From Candidatus Binatia bacterium (lineage in GTDB: Bacteria; Desulfobacterota; Binatia; Bin18), in NCBI GenBank assembly GCA_963664395.2, contig OY761159.2, positions 1,216,001 to 1,280,000 on the forward strand: 64,000 nt of DNA, given 5' to 3'. Of the stretch, positions 49,018 to 59,405 are shown one piece after another. Position 1 is the first letter of the stretch. The number at the start of each line of letters is the position of its first letter. A model generated the notes under the pieces. That model was not told the DNA's origin. It ran no database searches and was given only the letters and a program-made list of their open reading frames with translations. A program made the position numbers and the translations under genes.

Positions 49018-49674
49018 TCACTCAGCCGGTGCATCGCCACTCGGGGTCGCACCTTCTGCCGGCGCAACTCCGTCCTCGGCTACGCCTGCTTCATCCTCTT
49101 CTGGCTCTAGTTCCGCAACCGGAGCAGCTACAGAGGCAAGCATGAGCTGAGCGTCCTCAAGAGTTGAGACTCCAGACGGTAATTTCAAATCCTCAACCCG
49201 AATAGCATCGTTGATCTCGAGGGGCGTCACATCAATCTCAAGACTCTCAGGGATATCAAGCGGAAGGCACTCCACCATGATTTCACGGCGGAGGTGATGT
49301 AAAAATCCGCCGGCAGTGACGCCCTCCGCTTTGCCAGTAAGGTGGACGGGCACACTGACTTGAATCGGCACGTTGACATCAATCTCATAGAAGTCGATGT
49401 GAAGTGGGGCTGTGGTCACGGGGTGATGCTGGACATCCTTGAGTAGTACGATTTTCCCATTGAGGTCTGTGGTCTGTGAGAGAAATTCAATAAGCTGAGA
49501 CCCCTCTAAGCCTTCAACTTTATATTGGAATTCCCGAGTATTCACACAGACTGAAACTGTATTTTTTCCTGGACCATAAAAGACGCCAGGAACGCTACCG
49601 CTTCGTCGGAGCCGGCCCATTTGCCCTTTGCCTTTTTCTTGTCGTTGTTCAACACTCAGCTTTATGGTTGCCAT
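49018..49674 (-). CDS. rplY: 50S ribosomal protein L25/Ctc
   Basis: RLRRSGSVPGVFYG, HIDFY, GVTAGG. Confidence 0.95.
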   Translation of the reverse strand: MATIKLSVEQRQEKGKGQMGRLRRSGSVPGVFYGPGKNTVSVCVNTREFQYKVEGLEGSQLIEFLSQTTDLNGKIVLLKDVQHHPVTTAPLHIDFYEIDVNVPIQVSVPVHLTGKAEGVTAGGFLHHLRREIMVECLPLDIPESLEIDVTPLEINDAIRVEDLKLPSGVSTLEDAQLMLASVAAPVAELEPEEDEAGVAEDGVAPAEGATPSGDAPAE

Positions 49675-49697
49675 TGTTTCCCTTCTCTCTCAACAGC

Positions 49698-50678
49698 TTA
49701 CACGAACAAGGAGCTAATGGATTCTTCATTGTGAATCCGGCGGATAGACTCTCCGATCAGGGTGGCAAGTGAGAGGACACGGACTTTTCCAGTCCCTAGC
49801 GCCTCTGGCGTAATGGGGATGGAATTGGTAACCACCAACTCTTCAAGAGTAGAAGTCCGCACTCGCTCTATAGCCGGGCCGGATAGCACGGCATGCGTAC
49901 AACAGGCGATCACAGCTTGTGCCCCAGCATCTTGAAGCCCTTTTGCCGCTGCGGTTAACGTTCCGGCTGTGTCCACCATATCATCGACGAGAATAGCGAT
50001 ACGACCATCGACTTCACCGATCACATTCATCTCAACAACATCACGGTTCGCCTTCCCTCCACTCTCGCTTTCATCCTCCTGCGCGCGGCGCTTGTCAATA
50101 ATGGCGAGTGAGGCACCCATACGCTTCGCAAACGCACGTGCGCGCTCCACTCCTCCCGCATCAGGCGACACCACGCTGACAGGTTCATCGCCAATGCGAG
50201 AACGCAAATACGGCAATAAGACCGGGGCAGAAAAAAGATTGTCTACTGGAATATTGAAAAACCCCTGTATTTGCCCCGCATGAAGCTCTGCCGTGAGCAC
50301 TCGTGAGGCCCCCGCCGTGGTCAGCAGGTCAGCGACCAGTTTGGCGCTGATAGGAACCCGCGGCGCAACCTTCCGATCCTGGCGGGCATAGCCGTAGTAC
50401 GGAATCACTGCCGTGATTCGGTTGGCGGACGCCCGTTTAAAGGCGTCAATCATCAGCAGGAGTTCCATCAGATTATCGTTTCCTGGCGTACAGATGGACT
50501 GGACAACAAAAATATCCCCTCCACGTACATTCTCGGTAATCTCAACCGCAATCTCGCCATCGCTGAACGTACGAATGTCAGCCGCCCCGAGCGAGGTTCC
50601 CAGATAGGCGCATATTTCTTGTGCAAGCGGACGATTTGAGTTCCCGGAAAATATTTTTAGCACGGCGGGGTATCTCAC
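49698..50678 (-). CDS. prs: Ribose-phosphate pyrophosphokinase
   Basis: [43 protein letters not shown]; start GTG 50678 or 50663. Confidence 0.97.
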   Translation of the reverse strand: MRYPAVLKIFSGNSNRPLAQEICAYLGTSLGAADIRTFSDGEIAVEITENVRGGDIFVVQSICTPGNDNLMELLLMIDAFKRASANRITAVIPYYGYARQDRKVAPRVPISAKLVADLLTTAGASRVLTAELHAGQIQGFFNIPVDNLFSAPVLLPYLRSRIGDEPVSVVSPDAGGVERARAFAKRMGASLAIIDKRRAQEDESESGGKANRDVVEMNVIGEVDGRIAILVDDMVDTAGTLTAAAKGLQDAGAQAVIACCTHAVLSGPAIERVRTSTLEELVVTNSIPITPEALGTGKVRVLSLATLIGESIRRIHNEESISSLFV

Positions 50679-50729
50679 ATGGATGGGGGGATGAACATCG
50701 TCATTTTGTGATCGTGCCCGGAAAGGGAG

Positions 50730-50803
50730 CTGGGGAGGCAGGATTCGAACCTGCGAGTGCCGGGACCAAAACCCGGTGCCTTGCCTGACTTGGCGACTCC
50801 CCA
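50730..50803 (-). tRNA. tRNA-Gln(TTG)
   Basis: TGGGGAGTCGCCAAG 5' end, CCGGG-TTTTGGT-CCCGG anticodon arm, GGTTCGAATCC; canonical ispE-tRNAGln-prs position. Confidence 0.96.
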
Positions 50804-51026
50804 CCAGGATAGCAGTGACAGCCGTATTTCTCTCGGTCGCTCAGCTTCTCTTTTCTTCTCGTATGTCGGTGTTCCACCACTATAACTGCCAGCTGTATTG
50901 GACAAGCTTCTGAAGAATCCGATTGTTTAGTGAAATCAAGAGATTATAGACTTTTCCGCATTTGCTCAAGGCTACGATCCTTAGCATCCTTCTCTGGAAA
51001 AGTCTACCTGGCCCTGCGGCCATGGA

Positions 51027-51914
51027 TCAACTGTTGTCTTGAGTGGAAGCATTCTCCAACAGTGTCACAACAAATATGTTTTCCGAGCCAGCCAAGGCTG
51101 CCGCAGCTTGCGTAGCGTCCTCCTGCTTCGCGAAGACACCAAAGACGGCAGATCCACTCCCAGACATCAGCGCCACTTCTGCACCAAGTACGGAGAGTTG
51201 CTTTTTTCTGTCCGCAAGAAGGGGATACTCCGGCAGGACAGCCTGTTCAAGGTCATTAACCAAGAGGGCCGTATCTGGCCATTGCTTCGCGCCGACTGGT
51301 GGAGTCCAGTCGATTTCACGAGACTTCAGACCTGCTGAGTCCAGCTGAAGCTCATCGAAACGTTGATACGCCCACGGAGTTGAAACAGAAAAGGCTGGGA
51401 CCACAATGACGAGCCAGCGTTGCGGGGGAGGTGGAAGCGGCGTTAAGACTTCCCCAATCCCCCCCACCCGAGCCACCTCACACGGCACGAAAAAGGGAAC
51501 GTCTGCACCAAGTTGGGCGGCAAGCCGACACAAATGGACAGTGTTGAGTCCGAGTGATAATTCCTGGTTGAGCGCTTTCAGCACAGCCGCAGCATCGCTA
51601 CTGCCGCCGCCTAATCCTGCACCAGCAGGGATGTTCTTCTGCAAAGCAATCGTGATGTGTACACCTATGCCAGCTTCTTGACAGAGCAGGGAAGCCGCTC
51701 GATAGGCGAGATTCGATTGATCGGTAGGAATTGTTGGATCATCACACGTCACCCAAATGTGTTGCTCCGTACCCCCCGTTCTGCCAGTTGTGATTTCAAT
51801 TTCGTCATACAGGCTGACGGGAGCCATCAGGGAATCGAGCAAGTGGTAGCCATCGGCTCGCCGGCCAACAATGCGTAAAAAAAGATTGACTTTTGCGGGC
51901 GCAAGAACACGCAT
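51027..51914 (-). CDS. ispE: 4-diphosphocytidyl-2C-methyl-D-erythritol kinase
   Basis: APAKVNLFL, IPAGAGLGGGSSDAAA, LGADVPFF, MSGSGS. Confidence 0.96.
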   Translation of the reverse strand: MRVLAPAKVNLFLRIVGRRADGYHLLDSLMAPVSLYDEIEITTGRTGGTEQHIWVTCDDPTIPTDQSNLAYRAASLLCQEAGIGVHITIALQKNIPAGAGLGGGSSDAAAVLKALNQELSLGLNTVHLCRLAAQLGADVPFFVPCEVARVGGIGEVLTPLPPPPQRWLVIVVPAFSVSTPWAYQRFDELQLDSAGLKSREIDWTPPVGAKQWPDTALLVNDLEQAVLPEYPLLADRKKQLSVLGAEVALMSGSGSAVFGVFAKQEDATQAAAALAGSENIFVVTLLENASTQDNS

Positions 51915-51974
51915 GACTTTTTCCCTGTCTGGCTTTATAGTGCAGACCACAACTGCACTTGCCACAATACCGAT

Positions 51975-52778
51975 ATGCAAGACTTCATAACAGCCGCCCA
52001 AGAGGTTGCGTTGGCTATTGCCCAACAAGCTGGGGAGTTTCTCAAGGAAAACCGGCTGAAGACAAAACAGGTCAGTGTGAAAACCGATATGGTCGACTTA
52101 GTCACCAATGTGGACAGAGCGGCCGACCGGCTGATTACCGAGCAGCTCCGCGCCCGCTTCCCCCTCCATACCATTATCGCCGAGGAGTCCGCTCAATCTG
52201 GTCCTGAGAGCCCATATTGTTGGTATATTGACCCCCTGGACGGCACAACAAACTTCGCTCATACCTATCCGCATTTTGCCGTCTCTCTGGCCCTCACGCA
52301 TAAGTCCGAAGCGATCATTGGCGTTGTTCATGACCCCATTCGGAACGAGACGTTCAGCGCGCGGCGTGGGAGGGGAGCGCAACTCAATGGAAATCCGATT
52401 CGTGTTTCCCCAGCATCCCGGCTTGACCAGAGTCTCCTGCTCACCGGATTCCCTTACGACCGCCGCAAACACAGCGCCTTTTATTTGCGTTACTACGAAG
52501 CCTTTATGCTGCGAACGCATGGGGTAAGACGGAGTGGGTCGGCCGCGCTGGACTTGTGCTATGTGGCGTGTGGTCGAGCCGATGCCTTTTGGGAATGGCG
52601 ACTCCATCCGTGGGATATTGCCGCAGGCGCGCTGATTGTCGAAGAGGCAGGAGGGCGGACCAGCGATTTCTCCGGCCATACGCTCGATCTCCATGGCGAA
52701 CAAACCCTGGCCTCAAATGGCCACCTGCACAGCGCGGTTCTGGACGTCCTGAAGCAACTCCCCAGCAGCCCTGCCTAA
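51975..52778 (+). CDS. suhB: Inositol monophosphatase family protein
   Basis: WYIDPLDGTTNFAH, GSAALDL, WDIAAG. Confidence 0.92.
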   Translation: MQDFITAAQEVALAIAQQAGEFLKENRLKTKQVSVKTDMVDLVTNVDRAADRLITEQLRARFPLHTIIAEESAQSGPESPYCWYIDPLDGTTNFAHTYPHFAVSLALTHKSEAIIGVVHDPIRNETFSARRGRGAQLNGNPIRVSPASRLDQSLLLTGFPYDRRKHSAFYLRYYEAFMLRTHGVRRSGSAALDLCYVACGRADAFWEWRLHPWDIAAGALIVEEAGGRTSDFSGHTLDLHGEQTLASNGHLHSAVLDVLKQLPSSPA

Positions 52779-52868
52779 AACCGTTCTGTTCTGGAGCAGC
52801 AGCGGACAAAATGTGCGGCTGGGGTTGTGCTCAATGAGCAGCCGGGTTATCGATAGAAAAATCCGTGC

Positions 52869-53435
52869 GTGGTGGTAATGATGAGGCGGCTACCTATAAT
52901 TTTTATTCTCGTTCTTCTCTTTCCTCCTTTCTGTTACGCGCAAGACTTATATGTGAGTGGCTATCGTGAGCTCATGCTGCGAACGGGACCGAGTCAGGAC
53001 AACAAAATCATTGCTGTACTCAAGACCGGCCAGACCGTTAAATTAATCAGCGAAGCTGGGAAAGACTATTACCGTGTCGCCCTGTCCGACGGCCGCCAGG
53101 GCTATGTTCTTAAAAGGTATGTGACCGAGCGAATCCCAGCAGCACATCGAGTGCGTATTCTCGAGGATCAGGTTGCCAAACAAACCCAGGAGTTGAACCG
53201 TCTTCGAGAGGACAATACCCGGCTTCAAGCCGCGCAGGAAGGAACGCAGCGCAGTGCAGCCGAACAGGAAGCACTGCTCCAGACCATCACGGCGGAGCGG
53301 AATCAACTCCGGCGTGATACCGAGATATCGAGCTTTCTTGCCGGGGCAGGCGTACTGCTTATTGGCTGGCTCTTAGGCTGGACACGTCTCAGGCTGCGGC
53401 GCAAATCACAGCGCCGCCCCGGGTTGAGCCTCTAG
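52869..53435 (+). CDS. SH3 domain protein (YgiM/TIGR04211-like)
   Basis: Signal peptide, LRTGPS...IIAVL, coiled coil, C-terminal TM followed by a basic tail. Confidence 0.8.
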   Translation: MVVMMRRLPIIFILVLLFPPFCYAQDLYVSGYRELMLRTGPSQDNKIIAVLKTGQTVKLISEAGKDYYRVALSDGRQGYVLKRYVTERIPAAHRVRILEDQVAKQTQELNRLREDNTRLQAAQEGTQRSAAEQEALLQTITAERNQLRRDTEISSFLAGAGVLLIGWLLGWTRLRLRRKSQRRPGLSL

Positions 53436-53509
53436 CTGGTGTTCGCTGGATTCCGAGAAGAACAGAAAACGTAAAATTGAGGAATGAGCACGTTGGCTGC
53501 GAGGCAGCC

Positions 53510-54694
53510 CTACGCGGCTTGGGCCCACTTCTCCTGCATACCCTGAAACTCTTTTTTCAAATAGGGCATGACTTCGGTGGCAAAGAGTTCCATATTTTTA
53601 ATCGTCCGGTGGTGGGGCATATCGCCAATTTGCAGCAGGGACAGCAAAATGCCATAGCCCAGCTTGCCGATCGATTCGGCCAGTCGTTGCTTGACCGTCT
53701 CGACACTGCCCACCACGCAATAGCCCCGCGCGTTCAAATCGTCAAAGGACAGCTTCGCATAATCAAGCTCGTCCGCAATGCTGAGAATATGCCGCATGGA
53801 TTGCTGGGTGACGTAGCCCGGTGGGAACAGCATATTGAGCGGGATACGCAGCCCTTTGTGATAGAGCCAGAGCACATGCTGGGCGGCTTCTTCCCGGGCG
53901 CGTTCGTCCGTTTCCGCCACATAGATGGGCAGTAAATGGCCCATCTGGTAGGGCGAGGCGCTATAGCCGAATTCTTCCGCCGCGGCGCGATACTGATCAA
54001 AATACATCTTGACCAGATCGTCAGACATATACACGGCCAGATAGGGATACTTGCGGGCCGAGTCGGCACACCAGCCTATCGTCTCCTTACTCCCAAAGCC
54101 GGGAATCCAGATTTGCGGGTGCGGTTTTTGGTACGGACGGGGCCAGACGTTCACATAGCGGACTTGGTAGTGCTCCCCATCAAAATTAAACGGTCCCGTC
54201 TCCGTCCAGGCGCGAATAATCAAATCATGCGCCTCGCGGAAGCGCGCCAGCGAATGGGTCGGATTGACGCCCATCGAATAATACTCACAGCCAATACCAC
54301 GCACGAAGCCGGAGATGATCCGGCCGCCACTGACCACATCCAGCATGGCGATTTCTTCGGCAACCCGGATGGGGTGATCCCGCAGCGGCAGCCCATTGCC
54401 CACCATGGCAATTTTGACGCGGTTGGTGCGCCGAGCCAGCAGCCCGCCAACGATATTCGGCGAGGGCATGGTGCCATAGGTGTTCTGATGGTGCTCGTTC
54501 ACACACACGCCGTCAAAACCGAGGGTTTCCGAATACTCCAGCTCATCCAGATAGCGATTATAGAGGTCACGGCCTTTTGTCGGATCATAGTGTGCATTCG
54601 AGAAGGTGACCCAGGCCGAGGGGTATTTCGAGGTATCGTCGAAGTCTTCGGGAACGTGCGGCCACGGCATCAGATGAAAGTTAAAGAACTGCAC
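53510..54694 (-). CDS. LLM class flavin-dependent monooxygenase
   Basis: GFDGVCVNEHH, RVAEEIAMLD, WPRPYQKPHP. Confidence 0.9.
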   Translation of the reverse strand: MQFFNFHLMPWPHVPEDFDDTSKYPSAWVTFSNAHYDPTKGRDLYNRYLDELEYSETLGFDGVCVNEHHQNTYGTMPSPNIVGGLLARRTNRVKIAMVGNGLPLRDHPIRVAEEIAMLDVVSGGRIISGFVRGIGCEYYSMGVNPTHSLARFREAHDLIIRAWTETGPFNFDGEHYQVRYVNVWPRPYQKPHPQIWIPGFGSKETIGWCADSARKYPYLAVYMSDDLVKMYFDQYRAAAEEFGYSASPYQMGHLLPIYVAETDERAREEAAQHVLWLYHKGLRIPLNMLFPPGYVTQQSMRHILSIADELDYAKLSFDDLNARGYCVVGSVETVKQRLAESIGKLGYGILLSLLQIGDMPHHRTIKNMELFATEVMPYLKKEFQGMQEKWAQAA

Positions 54695-54814
54695 ACACGC
54701 ATCCTCCTTTATGAATCTGCCCTTCGGAACGGGAGGGGCTCCCCCGGAATTATTTCCCGTCCCCCTGTTTACTGCTTTGCTATGCTAGAGGTCAAGCGTC
54801 ACACGTGGGCTTTT

Positions 54815-56086
54815 CTAGCTTGTCTGTAAGGCGACTTGCGGCACTGGCAGCCGCGCTTCTCGTTTCGGAGAGGGTAACGTGAGGGCGAGAATCGCAGCAA
54901 TCACTCCGGTACTCGAACTCGTTAAGAACGGGACCGTGTAGTTCCCAAACAAATTATACAGCACACCACCCATCATGCCGCCCGACCCCATGCCTATGGA
55001 CGCCACCATAAAGAAAACACCCAGGATGGTCCCAATTGCCCGCGTGCCGAAATATTCTCGAAAGAGCATGGCATAGACCGGCATCGGTCCACCAAAACCC
55101 AGCCCAAACAGGATGGCCCACGAGTAGAAAGAGGGCGCTTGGCGGGCCTCGATAAAAAATGGAATCATCACCGCCTGAAGACCGAGAAAGAAGGCAATGG
55201 CCCACTTCGCTCCAATCCGGTCGGCTAACAGCCCGTTCACGATTTTCCCGAGCATGCCAAACACAGCCATCAGCATGACTACCCGGGCCGCGACCGATTC
55301 CAACATACCTACGTCAGTCATATGACTGAAGCCGTGCAACAAAATAGACGAGTGACACATGCAGCAGCCCAGCACCATACAATTCAGCGTCCAAAAGGTA
55401 CGCGTCCGCATGGCCTCACTCAGCGTCATCTCAGGTCCCGGCGCGTGAACAGCCGCATACACTCGGCCTGTTTTCTGAGCCCCGGTCGATTCGACTTTCT
55501 TGTCCCGTATGAGCAGAGAAAGGGGCAGCACCACCAGGGTGATAATCCCGAGCCAGATATACGACCAGCGCCAGTCATTATGGGCAAGTAAGAAAACAGC
55601 TAACGGCGCAAACACAGCCGAGCCCACATTTTGTGACTGGGCAAGGGCCAGCGCCAGCCCCTGGCGCTTCACGAACCACTTTGTCACCAGGGCCACCATG
55701 GGGACGCCGGTCGCCGAGCGGCCGATTGCCAGAATAACGCCAAAATACAAGTAGAGTTGCCACAGCGATTGTACCTGGCTCATCAAAAACGTGCCGGCGA
55801 CAAAGAACAGACTCCCGGCAATAATCACCCACTTGGAACCAAAACGATCACTCAGTCGGCCACACACAAGGCTGGAGAGACCGAAACTGATCCAGCTTAT
55901 CATCGACGCGACCGAAACGGTGCCGCGATCCCATTCAAACTGCTCGGCAATAGGCTTGAACATAATGGCGAAAGACTCGATGACGCCGTACATGCACAGG
56001 CTGATGACAAGTCCGGCAGAGACGATGACCCACCCGTATGAGGGCTGTTGTTCTACGGGTCGTTCCAATTGTTCGGCGGGCTGCAT
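54815..56086 (-). CDS. MFS transporter (OFA/MCT-like)
   Basis: YGWVIV, GRLSDRFG, KWFVKRQGLA. Confidence 0.9.
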   Translation of the reverse strand: MQPAEQLERPVEQQPSYGWVIVSAGLVISLCMYGVIESFAIMFKPIAEQFEWDRGTVSVASMISWISFGLSSLVCGRLSDRFGSKWVIIAGSLFFVAGTFLMSQVQSLWQLYLYFGVILAIGRSATGVPMVALVTKWFVKRQGLALALAQSQNVGSAVFAPLAVFLLAHNDWRWSYIWLGIITLVVLPLSLLIRDKKVESTGAQKTGRVYAAVHAPGPEMTLSEAMRTRTFWTLNCMVLGCCMCHSSILLHGFSHMTDVGMLESVAARVVMLMAVFGMLGKIVNGLLADRIGAKWAIAFFLGLQAVMIPFFIEARQAPSFYSWAILFGLGFGGPMPVYAMLFREYFGTRAIGTILGVFFMVASIGMGSGGMMGGVLYNLFGNYTVPFLTSSSTGVIAAILALTLPSPKREARLPVPQVALQTS

Positions 56087-56116
56087 GTCACCTGCTTTCT
56101 TCAGGAGGAAGTGCCA

Positions 56117-56512
56117 CTATTCCAGATAGGCGGTGCATTTAATCTCGACAAAGAGGCCGGGCATCGCCAGGGCGGAAGTTCCTATACCCGTCCAGGTCGG
56201 GAGCCGGTCAAGATTCGTAATGTAACGATCCTTGACTGCGATAAAGAGTTCCAAGTCGCGCAGGTCGGTATGGTACGTGACCATTTCAACGACATCGTCA
56301 AACGTCGCGCCGGCTTCGGTCAGCACTTTTTTGACATTTTCAAAAGCCTGCACAAACTGTGCTTCCTTATCCGCCACAACCTGCAAGCTCTCATCCCGGC
56401 CTACTTGCCCGGCTATATACAAGAGATTCCCAGCCCTCACGCCAGGAGAGTAGCGGAAGCGTTCTCTGATATTCTGCATTGCGGGTGGGGTAACATCTGT
56501 ACGTGTGGACAT
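56117..56512 (-). CDS. RidA/YjgF family protein
   Basis: YSPGVRAGNLLYIAGQVG, PTWTGIG, VEIKC. Confidence 0.9.
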   Translation of the reverse strand: MSTRTDVTPPAMQNIRERFRYSPGVRAGNLLYIAGQVGRDESLQVVADKEAQFVQAFENVKKVLTEAGATFDDVVEMVTYHTDLRDLELFIAVKDRYITNLDRLPTWTGIGTSALAMPGLFVEIKCTAYLE

Positions 56513-56642
56513 AGAGCAGTTCCTTCCCTTCGCCTTCGCATAACAGTCGAGAGGACGGAAAGATAGAGGAAAGCCTGATGGGCGATCTCCCTTCTCATTT
56601 CCCTTTGCCTTTGTTACGAGGAAGTATCAGGAGGAACGTATT

Positions 56643-58106
56643 ATGGCTGACCAACTCGCCCAACTCGACGCACTGGCGCAAGCCGCTCTGGTACGCGCAG
56701 GAGAAGCAACTCCACTCGAACTGGTAGACGCCGCCATTGCACGGATTGAGACACTCAACCCGCGGCTCAACGCCGTGATCACGCCTCTTTTTGAGAAAGC
56801 GCGCGATCAGGCTACATCGCCGCAGTTGCCCGACGGGCCGTTCAAAGGCGTCCCGTTTCTCCTCAAGGACTTTGGCTGTCATTCCGCCGGCGATCCCTAT
56901 CACCAAGGCAGTCGCTTTCTGAAAGACCTCGGCTGGACGGCAAAAGAAGACACCTATATGGCCGCCAAACTCAGGGCCGCGGGCTTCATCTTCCTGGGCA
57001 AGACCAATACGCCCGAGTTTGCGACCATGCCGACGACCGAACCGGAAGCCTACGGCCCAAGTCGGAATCCCTGGAATACGGAGCATTCCACCGGCGGTTC
57101 CAGCGGCGGCGCCGGTGCGGCCGTGGCCTCGGGCATGGTCCCGGCGGCCCATGCCAACGACGGCGGCGGTTCGACCCGCGTACCGGCCAGCGAGTGCGGG
57201 CTGGTCGGGCTCAAATCCACCCGTTCGCGCGTCTCCCTCGGCCCGGAATACGGCGAGGTCTGGCAGGGCCTGGTCAACGAACACGTTGTGACACGGAGTG
57301 TGCGCGATACGGCCGCTATTCTGGATGCGATTGCCGGCCCCATGCCGGGCGATCCGTATTTTGCCACCCCGCCGACGCGCCCTTTTCTCGCAGAGGTCGG
57401 TGCCGACCCGGGAGTATTACGGATTGGCGTCTTGGCGGACTTCCCTGGGCAGGCAACCCCGCTGCACCCGGACTGCGTCGCCGCCGTCCACGCCACGGCC
57501 CAGCTTCTGAGTGCCCTCGGCCATACGGTTGAGGAATCCTCCCCCAGCGCGCTGAACGACGAGCAAGAACGCCGGCGGCAGGTGTGGGCGATTTTGACGA
57601 GTGCCATCGCCTCTCATATCGACACCTTGGGCAAGCAGACAGGGAAAGCCGTCACCCAAGACGATGTGGAGATTCACACCTGGGCCATGGTGGAAATCGG
57701 TCGGGCGCGCACCGCGACGCGCTATATCGAAGCCCTGGAGTGGCTCCAGGCCGACACGCGCCGGCTCGCCCGCTGGTGGCAGCCCGAAGACGGTACGGCC
57801 GGCTTTGACATCCTCGTCACTCCAACCATTGCCGAGCCCCCGCCCCGCTTGGGAGAGTTTGTCTCCACACCGGAGAACCCCCTTGGGGGAGCGCGACGTT
57901 CGGCCACCCTCATGCCGTTTACTGTGCCATTTAATGTGACCGGCCAGCCAGCCATCTCGCTGCCGCTGCACTGGAACGACGCGGGGTTGCCGATCGGCGT
58001 TCAACTCGTGGCCGCCTATGGCCGAGAGGACATCCTCTTTCGCCTGGCCTCACAGCTTGAGCAGGCCAAGCCATGGGCTGACCAATGGCCAGCGGTGCGT
58101 GCTTAG
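56643..58106 (+). CDS. Amidase (amidase signature family)
   Basis: GVPFLLKD, GKTNTPEF, GGSSGG, NDGGGSTRVPAS. Confidence 0.94.
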   Translation: MADQLAQLDALAQAALVRAGEATPLELVDAAIARIETLNPRLNAVITPLFEKARDQATSPQLPDGPFKGVPFLLKDFGCHSAGDPYHQGSRFLKDLGWTAKEDTYMAAKLRAAGFIFLGKTNTPEFATMPTTEPEAYGPSRNPWNTEHSTGGSSGGAGAAVASGMVPAAHANDGGGSTRVPASECGLVGLKSTRSRVSLGPEYGEVWQGLVNEHVVTRSVRDTAAILDAIAGPMPGDPYFATPPTRPFLAEVGADPGVLRIGVLADFPGQATPLHPDCVAAVHATAQLLSALGHTVEESSPSALNDEQERRRQVWAILTSAIASHIDTLGKQTGKAVTQDDVEIHTWAMVEIGRARTATRYIEALEWLQADTRRLARWWQPEDGTAGFDILVTPTIAEPPPRLGEFVSTPENPLGGARRSATLMPFTVPFNVTGQPAISLPLHWNDAGLPIGVQLVAAYGREDILFRLASQLEQAKPWADQWPAVRA

Positions 58107-58120
58107 GCGATTTTTTTGGA

Positions 58121-58146
58121 GGAGGGACACGCCTTGTGTCCCCTCC
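58121..58146. repeat. Intergenic hairpin
   Basis: GGAGGGACAC-GCCTT-GTGTCCCCTCC between the amidase and MFS genes. Confidence 0.45.
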
Positions 58147-58192
58147 TGCACTCTATCTTTTCCCCAAAGTGGCTGATAGCTCAGAAGGCACA

Positions 58193-59386
58193 ATGAGTGG
58201 GCCGCTTTTTGTTCTCTCTCTTGCGCTGTTTGCCACCATGCTCGGTAACGGGGTGGTGATTCCCTTCATCCCCATCTACGCTCAGGAGTTCGGAGCGAGC
58301 GGCGTGGCCGTCGGCATCCTGTTTGGGGCGCACTCGGCGTCTCGGACCTTTCTGCTGCCCCTCATCGGTCGAGCCTCGGACCGGCGTGGCCGCAAGGCAT
58401 TTTTACTCTGGGGGCTGTTCTGCTACGCCCTCACCTCTGTTGCCTACCTGCTCGCCAACAGCCTGCTGACGCTCATCTTGGTCATGGCCCTGCAGGGGAT
58501 AGCCACAGCCATGGTTCAGCCGGTTTCGATGGCGTATGTGGGCGACCTGACCCCCAAAGGCAAGGAGGGGGCGTATGCCGGCTATGTCAACACGGCCTTT
58601 CTGGGCGGTGTGGCCGGGGGACCGATCTTGGGCGGAGTGATTAAAGATCTGTTCAATATGCAGGCCAGCTTTATTCTCTTGGGGGTCCTGAGCCTGTTGT
58701 CTTTACTCCTGCTGCTCTTCTTCTTACCCGAAGTCCAGAAACAGCATGTGTCAGGGAAAAAAAAGGAAGCTTCCTGGCGCGAGATTTTATCCTTGCGGCC
58801 CATTCTTGGAGTCGTCCTCTTTCGAGTGGCGTATGCGTTATCCAACACCCTCATTTGGGTCTTTGTGCCCCTGCTGTCGGCCTCCCTGCTACCGCTGACC
58901 ACCTCGCAGGTGGGAGCGCTGATTTCCCTGAATGTCTTGATCAGCGCCGTCCTTCAGGCGCCGTGCGGACGTCTGTCCGATCACATGAATAAAGCGGTCC
59001 TGATCGGTATTGGTGGCCTGATCAGCGCCGTTTCCCTGGCCGGTTTTCCCCTAGCCTCAACGTTCTGGCATTTACTCGGCCTGAATGCCTTGGTCGGCGC
59101 GGGATTCGGGCTGGCCTATCCAGCCCATATGGGGCTGGCCATGGAGCACACGCCGGGTTCGAGTATGGGAACGGTGATGAGCATTCTTTTGACGGTCCAT
59201 AGCTTTGGGATGACCATTGCTCCACCTATTTTTGGTATAGTGGTTGATTATTATGATTTGAGCAGCCTGTTTTATAGTGCGGGGCTGCTGTGTGTCGGGT
59301 GTACAGTGGCGTGCTATTACCTCACCCATGACGCTGACGTGCTCTTGCAGACTACCCGCGCTAAAGAGCCGGCTGTCGTCGATTAA
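58193..59386 (+). CDS. MFS transporter (DHA1-like)
   Basis: GRASDRRGRK, AGGPILGG, GRLSD; start MSGPLF. Confidence 0.88.
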   Translation: MSGPLFVLSLALFATMLGNGVVIPFIPIYAQEFGASGVAVGILFGAHSASRTFLLPLIGRASDRRGRKAFLLWGLFCYALTSVAYLLANSLLTLILVMALQGIATAMVQPVSMAYVGDLTPKGKEGAYAGYVNTAFLGGVAGGPILGGVIKDLFNMQASFILLGVLSLLSLLLLLFFLPEVQKQHVSGKKKEASWREILSLRPILGVVLFRVAYALSNTLIWVFVPLLSASLLPLTTSQVGALISLNVLISAVLQAPCGRLSDHMNKAVLIGIGGLISAVSLAGFPLASTFWHLLGLNALVGAGFGLAYPAHMGLAMEHTPGSSMGTVMSILLTVHSFGMTIAPPIFGIVVDYYDLSSLFYSAGLLCVGCTVACYYLTHDADVLLQTTRAKEPAVVD

Positions 59387-59405
59387 AACCAGGGAGAGAA
59401 GAACA

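Noticed and set aside
50804-51026. 220-bp gap between ispE and tRNA-Gln as a possible small gene or ncRNA
   Set aside because: No convincing ORF or structure; it most likely holds the tRNA-Gln/prs promoter.
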